A DNA stretch of 64,000 bases from an uncultured candidate division Zixibacteria bacterium (GTDB taxonomy: Bacteria > Zixibacteria > MSB-5A5 > UBA10806 > 4484-95): NCBI GenBank assembly GCA_963668625.2, contig CAXXKA010000006.1, positions 64,001 through 128,000 of the forward strand, written 5' to 3'. The notes below the pieces were generated by a model, which made no database searches, was not told where the DNA came from, and worked only from the letters and a program-made list of their open reading frames with translations. Position numbers and translations under genes: made by a program. This document shows positions 19,040 to 25,560 of the stretch, in pieces. Positions within the stretch are counted from its first letter, which is position 1. Each line of letters begins with the position of its first letter.

Positions 19040-19783
19040 CTAATTTAGCGGCATTTTTAAAAGCGAGTAATGGATTTTATTCAGAGGGTCGTAAATGCGG
19101 GCAACCACCCGCCAGTTACGCAGGATTACATCAACCTCAACCAGCGTACCTCCGCTGACTATACCTCCGCTCTGAACCTGCGCCGATTTCAAATTGATAT
19201 CCATCTGGCAACTGAGCTCAATCAGCGCCTCCGAGACGGTCGTTTCCCAACTACTGCTTTCGTAAATGTAATGCGGTGAGTAGCCGACCGCGAACAGGTT
19301 ATTGTCATCCCTGGGGATAGTATGAATCCAATCGTTGTATTCGATATACTGGTACTGGTTGCTATATTTCCCCGAATCGGCTTTCGGACCGACCAGTACC
19401 ACCATCAAGTAATTTTCGTAGTCGTAGAATTTTTCCATGATGGTATAATCCTCGGAGATTCCATCATAGCCCAGCGAATCAAAACTGAACGTGGGCATCT
19501 CGCCGACCACGTACCTGCCCTCCGGGGTAATGAAATAACCGGACTGGAATGTTACCTGATTGTAATCTTGCTTTAAAATATTGATAATAGCCTTATTCTT
19601 GGCCATCTCCACAGATAGTTCGTTATCGAGGCATGGTTGGAGGATGCCTATGGCATAATTGGCGTAATCAGGGGGATGCCAAAACCAGGTCGGATAATCG
19701 ACCTGGTCTTGACTTGCCATTGCAAACTGATTTGCGGTAATAACAGAAAGCAGAATGATTAAAGTAATTCCAAGACTTCTAAT
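19040..19783 (-). CDS. Exported LPP20-like protein; start uncertain (first ATG at 19720, signal peptide extends to an ATT at 19783)
   Basis: Two P.W...P...AVG/AIG LPP20-like units; in-frame hydrophobic leader upstream of the ATG. Confidence 0.6.
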   Translation of the reverse strand: MRSLGITLIILLSVITANQFAMASQDQVDYPTWFWHPPDYANYAIGILQPCLDNELSVEMAKNKAIINILKQDYNQVTFQSGYFITPEGRYVVGEMPTFSFDSLGYDGISEDYTIMEKFYDYENYLMVVLVGPKADSGKYSNQYQYIEYNDWIHTIPRDDNNLFAVGYSPHYIYESSSWETTVSEALIELSCQMDINLKSAQVQSGGIVSGGTLVEVDVILRNWRVVARIYDPLNKIHYSLLKMPLN

Positions 19784-19792
19784 TACTCGGCC

Positions 19793-20374
19793 CTACCTTA
19801 TCATTCCCTGGTCTTTCTGGAATTCCTCGTAATCCTTCATCTCTTTATCCAGATCCTCGAAAGCCTGAGAGGCGCGGAAACGGGTGTAGAGATTCTGATT
19901 ACTTTTCATTTTTTCCATTAACAGGGCGTTGGCTTTACCGATGGGGTATTCCATCAGAATATAAGCGCGGAACAGACCGTTCTCAACCGAGATTTTCTGT
20001 TCTTTGACCCGGGTACCGTTCATAACCTCGGAAACTACCGATTTCTCGACAGCGGTGAAAGATTCCAGAAGCTCCGAATCCTCGTTAAGGCCGACTTCTT
20101 CTCTGAATCTCTTTTTCAAGCCCTGAACTTTAACCTGGTATTGCTCGGCCAAACCGGTTCTAGCTGAGGTTTTGCATTTGTCGACGGCCAACTGCATGTC
20201 TCTTGAGGTGGCTGTAGACGGCTCGAACAGGTAGTTAGGATCGGTAGGCGGCGAGGTGAACCAAACCGGAATATCCAAAGCCTCGAGCTCCGGATCTACT
20301 TCCGGGGGAGTTGAACCACAAGCCATAATACTGACTACAAATAGAACTAACGCGAATAATGAGAGTATTCTCAT
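19793..20374 (-). CDS. LPP20-family lipoprotein
   Basis: Lipobox IMAC; PVWFTSPP, ARTGLAEQ..VKV; GGAGGG SD. Confidence 0.78.
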   Translation of the reverse strand: MRILSLFALVLFVVSIMACGSTPPEVDPELEALDIPVWFTSPPTDPNYLFEPSTATSRDMQLAVDKCKTSARTGLAEQYQVKVQGLKKRFREEVGLNEDSELLESFTAVEKSVVSEVMNGTRVKEQKISVENGLFRAYILMEYPIGKANALLMEKMKSNQNLYTRFRASQAFEDLDKEMKDYEEFQKDQGMIR

Positions 20375-20438
20375 ATCATCCCTCCGTTTATTAGTTTAAA
20401 CATTTTCTATCTAATGGAAGCTTTATTGCTTTACGTAT

Positions 20439-20447
20439 CCTCCTTTC
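20439..20447 (-). promoter_or_regulatory. Orphan SD-like motif GAAAGGAGG in the leader (copy 1)
   Basis: No start codon at SD spacing; about 65 nt upstream of a start that has its own SD. Confidence 0.45.
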
Positions 20448-20638
20448 AATACCTTAATATTATCGTCAATTGAGTATTTATTATCATCTATGAACTAAAT
20501 ATTTTTTCTTATTCTTACCCGCTTACTTTAAATGCAAACAGCTCATTGATTAATGATTCTCGCGCAATATATTATATCGGGCTTGCCCAAGACAATAGTT
20601 TTTACAAAATTATTACGTTGTCGCCCGATACTTGCCGG

Positions 20639-21769
20639 TTATTTCCATTCCTGATAATAATTCCGTCTGGTTTCCACTTTGGCTAAATATTCCCTGGTTT
20701 CGGCGTAAGGAAGATCCTCCACCAGGAGTTTATACAAAGTTTCCTTATCCATAAAATTAATTTCCTCGATAGCGGGTCTTAATGTCGATTCTCCGACAAT
20801 CGCTTTGCAAAGATTGCCCGGACCCGTATTGTAGGCGGCGATCAGGCAGTAACGGAGCTTATCGGGATCGTTGATTTTCTTGAACTCGTAATCCCGCATC
20901 TTTTTGATATACGCACAACCGAGATGGATATTGTTTTCCGGCGTGTAGAGATAATCGGGTTTGACTATTTTATCCTCTTTGTGAACGTAGCGGTAAGCCT
21001 CTCTCGCACCCGAACGAGGTACCAGTTGCATCAAGCCATAAGCTGGTATGGGAGATTTGGCGCGGGGATTGAAAAACGATTCGGTTTGCATGATAGCTAA
21101 AATCAACGGTACACTAACTTTATATTTAGCGGCATATCTTTTAACCACCGGTAGATACTTCTCCGCCCGTCTCTTGATATGATCGGGAACCATCTCGAAT
21201 GTGGCCGTAACTTTTACCCGCTCTATACCATCCTGAGACATGATAGTTTCCTGATCCAGACTTGCGTTCGGCAAAACTCTCTCATTGGCGAATAGCCTCG
21301 CGTTGGTACTGTCGATAATCGGCGGTGAATGGAATTCGACTAAATCCGCTAAAATGACATCCCCGACCAGGGAGTCCGGCTGAAACAGGTTTTCGATTCG
21401 TGCGGCGATGTTTTCATTGGCCTGTCCCAGGATATCCTCGGAATCTTTTTCCACTATCGTTTCGATGACTATTTTGCCTTCCTCGAAATCAACCTTACTT
21501 AAGGTGTTCAAATCACTGCTATATTCAACCCAATCTCGACGGGTGGTGTTGACGAACTCGTTCCATTTCTTCTCCACCTCCTCGACATATTTCCTGTATG
21601 CTTCTTGTTCCTGTTCGACATATTTACTGTATTCCTGATCCTGCTGGTTTCTATACTCCTCGAACGTTTGCTGGGCCAGGGTGGTGATATAAGCGAATAA
21701 AACTACCGCGACCAGGGTGGTGAAACTTAATATTATTTTGCTTTTACCTTTTCTGATAATCTCTGACAT
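20639..21769 (-). CDS. MltC-like lytic murein transglycosylase (DUF3393 + SLT)
   Basis: AIMQTESFFNP catalytic Glu, AYGLMQLVP, ENNIHLG, AAYNTG, LPYAETREY; VDFEEG N-domain. Confidence 0.88.
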   Translation of the reverse strand: MSEIIRKGKSKIILSFTTLVAVVLFAYITTLAQQTFEEYRNQQDQEYSKYVEQEQEAYRKYVEEVEKKWNEFVNTTRRDWVEYSSDLNTLSKVDFEEGKIVIETIVEKDSEDILGQANENIAARIENLFQPDSLVGDVILADLVEFHSPPIIDSTNARLFANERVLPNASLDQETIMSQDGIERVKVTATFEMVPDHIKRRAEKYLPVVKRYAAKYKVSVPLILAIMQTESFFNPRAKSPIPAYGLMQLVPRSGAREAYRYVHKEDKIVKPDYLYTPENNIHLGCAYIKKMRDYEFKKINDPDKLRYCLIAAYNTGPGNLCKAIVGESTLRPAIEEINFMDKETLYKLLVEDLPYAETREYLAKVETRRNYYQEWK

Positions 21770-21871
21770 TGGTTCTCCTTGTTAGCTCACCTTACTTATG
21801 ACGCGTGTATTAAATGATAGGGATGCGGGTATAATATCGCATGGCATTATTGGTAAGTGCACCCCTCGTTA

Positions 21872-22019
21872 GGGGTTGTTGAAAAAGCCATTTGCATGAG
21901 TCGCTGGGCGGACGAAATTCTTTGCTCATCCTTTCCCGGCGACATGCCGCATGAAATCAGGTGTCAGGATAGGACTCCTGACATCACCGTCATCCAACAA
22001 GGACTTTTTCAACAACCCC
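21872..22019. mobile_element. 148-bp MITE-like non-autonomous element
   Basis: Perfect 16-bp terminal inverted repeats GGGGTTGTTGAAAAAG/CTTTTTCAACAACCCC flanked by GTTA direct repeats (21868-21871, 22020-22023). Confidence 0.82.
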
Positions 22020-22192
22020 GTTATAGTAGGTAAATAATAAATAATACGATCATTGCCTGTCAATGAAATTTTAGAATGAAGTTAACATTACATGGTGGAT
22101 ATTAGAGGCTGTCTCATAAGCATGCCTATCGCAGCAGGCGTATGTCTGCCGACTACTTAGCTGGATTTATACCGGGCAAAGGCGGGGAAAAT

Positions 22193-22228
22193 AAAAAAGG
22201 GCGAAGTAGCGCCTCATCACTCCGCCCT
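22193..22228 (-). terminator. Intrinsic terminator of the 589-aa secreted protein gene
   Basis: Minus strand AGGGCGGAGT...ACTTCGCCCT followed by a T tract. Confidence 0.65.
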
Positions 22229-22274
22229 GGTTAGGGATCGTATATAGTTTGGCTCTTGGAAGGTATACGATGCC

Positions 22275-24044
22275 CTATTTAATCAATATCGCTCGTTTCG
22301 TTTCCGAAAAGTCCTCCGTGTTAATTTTGTAAAAATATACGCCCGAGGCAAATCCCGTGGCATCCCAGGTAGCGTTATGTGTTCCCGATTGGAGATCATC
22401 ATCCAACAGGCTGCAAACCCGGGTGCCGGTTATATCGTAGATATCTATGGTTGTCCTCGATGGTTTCTCCAGATTGAATGATATTTGCGTTTTAGCGTTG
22501 AATGGATTAGGGTAGTTTTGTGCCAGATGATAATTCTCAGGAAGGTTTACCGGATCATCGATACCTGAAACGATATCCCAATCATACACAACGAAGTTTT
22601 CCGTAGGCGAGCCTTCGGGTTCGATTGCTGATCCGGCATCTTTATCCAGGATATACGTCATCTGATACTCGAAGTAAGGAAAGCTATCGAATTCATCAGC
22701 GAGCGTGCCCCAATTTTCGCTCATACATTCACCGGGATAACAATCCGGGCTGCTCGTGCTAGTGATATTTCGTATAATTGGCCATGATAGACCGCCATCA
22801 TGACTACATGCCATCCAGATATCACCGTTACCGAATCCTCCCATGGAGACGTCGGCGGTATCAAACTGCGTCCAACTCACCTCGATGGCATCGGTGAAAT
22901 AGGAATTACAGCTCAAGCTCATCTTGCAGATAGGCCTGTTCCAGGTACCGCAGATATCGGCAAATAGCGAGTCGGGATGATGAGTTATCTGGGTTATCTC
23001 GCCAGTGTCCTCAGCATAATGGAATAAAAACGTTTTCCACTCGATATAACCGTCCGAATCGATACGAGAGGCGTTCCAGACCAGATGGATGTCATCGTTA
23101 TAGTCTATGATGACATCACAATCGGTATAGGCCCATAGTGAATCATCATCCGTAGCGTAGTTCGTGACATTTTGTTTGCCGTAGCGCCAGTTCCAGGAAT
23201 AGCCATCCTCGGAGACAAAATAGACTATGTCGTTATTCCACTGGGTGGTCGTATCATTTGGATCGCAATAAGCTAAAACGACCCTGTCAGAAACGGGAGA
23301 GGCATCCATTACGCTGCCGATAACCATTACCGTGTCGACAAGACGCAGCGCTGACCAGGTCGCGCCACTATCCGAGGAAAAGGTATAAGCCATTCGCTGA
23401 AGGCGCCTGTCGGTATTTTCCGAGGCTACTACGTGAATGTTATTGTTTCTGTCCACTGTCACGTATGGCCAGTATAATTGACCGGGGCTTTCAGGAGTTT
23501 GCGGATAGAGCTGATCAGGAGTATCAAAGTAGTTGAAAAATCCAAACCCTATGGGATCATGTTCGCTAGCCAGGGTTACATAGGTAGGATTGCTGTCATA
23601 AGTTTCATGATATGCGATAGAGGCATGGGTCTCGAATATTCCCGACATCTGGCAAAAACCGGCCGGATTATTCTGGCTTACCTGCATCGGCTCGCTCCAT
23701 GTACCCTGAACGTCTTTATAGGCATAGTAAACATGCCTCGGAGATGGCGGATAAGGCCAATCTAAAAGGTTGGTCCAGCATATATGTACCGAACCATCAG
23801 TATGGGCAATAATTCTATCACCGGGTGAGCCGTTAGTTTGAAATTCATAATAAGTGGTTCCAACGGTGTCAATTACCAGAGCGGCTCCCGGTTGAGCGGG
23901 GTAAACCCGCGTATCGGGCAATTTTTCCAGCCCGGTTCGCTGCCTGTTATTTTTAATAGGCAGCGACTTCGATGTCTCAAGCGCGTTTGTTAGTATTCCC
24001 GTTGTCAAAATCATAATGGTTGCTACAATAAATATCTTTTTCAT
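22275..24044 (-). CDS. Secreted Asp-box (BNR) beta-propeller protein with C-terminal YPNPFN sorting domain
   Basis: Signal peptide; SSDSGATW, SEDGYSW and SHDGGLSW Asp boxes; tail LAQNYPNPFN...ASGVYFYKI. Confidence 0.82.
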   Translation of the reverse strand: MKKIFIVATIMILTTGILTNALETSKSLPIKNNRQRTGLEKLPDTRVYPAQPGAALVIDTVGTTYYEFQTNGSPGDRIIAHTDGSVHICWTNLLDWPYPPSPRHVYYAYKDVQGTWSEPMQVSQNNPAGFCQMSGIFETHASIAYHETYDSNPTYVTLASEHDPIGFGFFNYFDTPDQLYPQTPESPGQLYWPYVTVDRNNNIHVVASENTDRRLQRMAYTFSSDSGATWSALRLVDTVMVIGSVMDASPVSDRVVLAYCDPNDTTTQWNNDIVYFVSEDGYSWNWRYGKQNVTNYATDDDSLWAYTDCDVIIDYNDDIHLVWNASRIDSDGYIEWKTFLFHYAEDTGEITQITHHPDSLFADICGTWNRPICKMSLSCNSYFTDAIEVSWTQFDTADVSMGGFGNGDIWMACSHDGGLSWPIIRNITSTSSPDCYPGECMSENWGTLADEFDSFPYFEYQMTYILDKDAGSAIEPEGSPTENFVVYDWDIVSGIDDPVNLPENYHLAQNYPNPFNAKTQISFNLEKPSRTTIDIYDITGTRVCSLLDDDLQSGTHNATWDATGFASGVYFYKINTEDFSETKRAILIK

Positions 24045-24095
24045 ATTTTCCCCCAGTTCTGATTCATTCGTGATAAATTAGATAGTTTAGTACGA

Positions 24096-24104
24096 CCTCC
24101 TTTC
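24096..24104 (-). promoter_or_regulatory. Orphan SD-like motif GAAAGGAGG in the leader (copy 2)
   Basis: GCGAAAGGAGGTCGT about 52 nt upstream of the start, with no start codon at SD spacing. Confidence 0.5.
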
Positions 24105-24335
24105 GCTTAAAATTAAAATTCGACCCCAATCTTAAGACATCTTTTAAGCGGTTATGTTTTGAATATATTTTGAGGCAGCTTAATATAGACGGCCCGAACA
24201 AGCGCCATCGCATACCTACAGTTTGATTAATCCATGAAATCTTACGGATTATATAAAAAAAGAATAATTTCTTTGAGCTTGACTTTAAAATGGCTGAAAG
24301 CGTACTTGTAAGTCAGGTTCGTAATAAAGTTGTAT

Positions 24336-24875
24336 ATGATAAAAGATTTGATAAATAAAGCGCTCGACGGAGATAAAAAAGCAGAAAGCGAGATTTTCGC
24401 CCGGCTCACAGTAAGATTCAAGTATTTCGCCAAACGATATATTGCAGAAGAGGATGCTGAGGATATCGCCCAGGAAGCTTGTGTCACGATCATCGAAAAG
24501 TACAAAACCGAAACTTTCGAACGCGGCTTCGAATCGTGGGCTTATGGTGTACTAAAAAAGAAACTGGGAAATCACTTTCAGCGCAAAGCAACGGAAAAAA
24601 AGAATATTGTGAAAGGCGATATAGATAATAGACCGGCAATATCGACCGAGGATTCTAATCCGGGATTGAAAGTACAATTGATAAAATGCTTGAAAAAAAT
24701 AAACAGTATAAATCCTCGATACGCCAGGGCTTTGAACCTGGTTCATCTGGGATACGATACCGATGAAATATGCCGGATGCTGGAGATTAAGCCGAATTAT
24801 TTATATGTGTTATTAAATAGGGGACGTAATATGTTGAGGAGCTGTTTAAATTCAAATGAGGTGCAGGATGAGTAA
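24336..24875 (+). CDS. ECF-family sigma70 factor
   Basis: Region 2 DAEDIAQEA and FESWAYGV; region 4 GYDTDEICRMLEI...LLNRGRNML. Confidence 0.9.
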   Translation: MIKDLINKALDGDKKAESEIFARLTVRFKYFAKRYIAEEDAEDIAQEACVTIIEKYKTETFERGFESWAYGVLKKKLGNHFQRKATEKKNIVKGDIDNRPAISTEDSNPGLKVQLIKCLKKINSINPRYARALNLVHLGYDTDEICRMLEIKPNYLYVLLNRGRNMLRSCLNSNEVQDE

Positions 24876-25551
24876 ATGTACTAATCCGAAAATCGGAACG
24901 ATGCTGCATGCTTATGAGCTTAAAGCGTTAAATAATGATGATCTGGAGAGATTCGAGTTACATATCCTGGAATGTGATTATTGTTTTAACGAGCTGACCA
25001 GTTTCAATGATGAGGCCGCGCTGCTTTTAAACGATATTCAGGTCAAACAAACCGTGAAATCCAACGTATTGGCGGGGGAATCCTCGGATAACGAAAGAAA
25101 ATCACTATGGGGCTATCTCTGGCCCTCCGAACCGCCTATATTGTTCAAACCGGCGATTTCATACGCGTTTACGATACTGGTAATCGTGCTTTTCCCGCTG
25201 CTTGTCGAAAACGGATTGAATAATGATATAGGGGAAATACAATCACTTGGTTTGATGAATACCCGATCTGCCGGTGAGCCGGTGCTATATAAAGGGCAGT
25301 CCAATAATGCGATTATAAATTTCTTCATAAGTGATTATATAGATAATTCCGGTATCACACTCAGGATATTAGATTCTTCAGGTAAACCGATTTATAATGA
25401 TGGAAATTTCACGGGTATCGATAAAACGGGTATCGGCCGGTTGTATTTGCCTCTTTCGAGGCTTAGCCCCGGCAGATATATTCTTGAAATTACTCTGGAA
25501 AATCCAAACCCGGAAAACGATATTATCAGCTACGATTTTACGATTGAGTGA
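24868..25551 (+). CDS. Zinc-finger (ZAS, zf-HC2) membrane anti-sigma factor with extracytoplasmic Ig-like domain
   Basis: N-terminal Cys plus HILECDYC (Hx3Cx2C); one TM (AISYAFTILVIVLFPLLV); LSPGRYILEI...YDFTIE; overlaps the ECF stop. Confidence 0.87.
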   Translation: MSKCTNPKIGTMLHAYELKALNNDDLERFELHILECDYCFNELTSFNDEAALLLNDIQVKQTVKSNVLAGESSDNERKSLWGYLWPSEPPILFKPAISYAFTILVIVLFPLLVENGLNNDIGEIQSLGLMNTRSAGEPVLYKGQSNNAIINFFISDYIDNSGITLRILDSSGKPIYNDGNFTGIDKTGIGRLYLPLSRLSPGRYILEITLENPNPENDIISYDFTIE

Positions 25552-25560
25552 TAAGTAACT

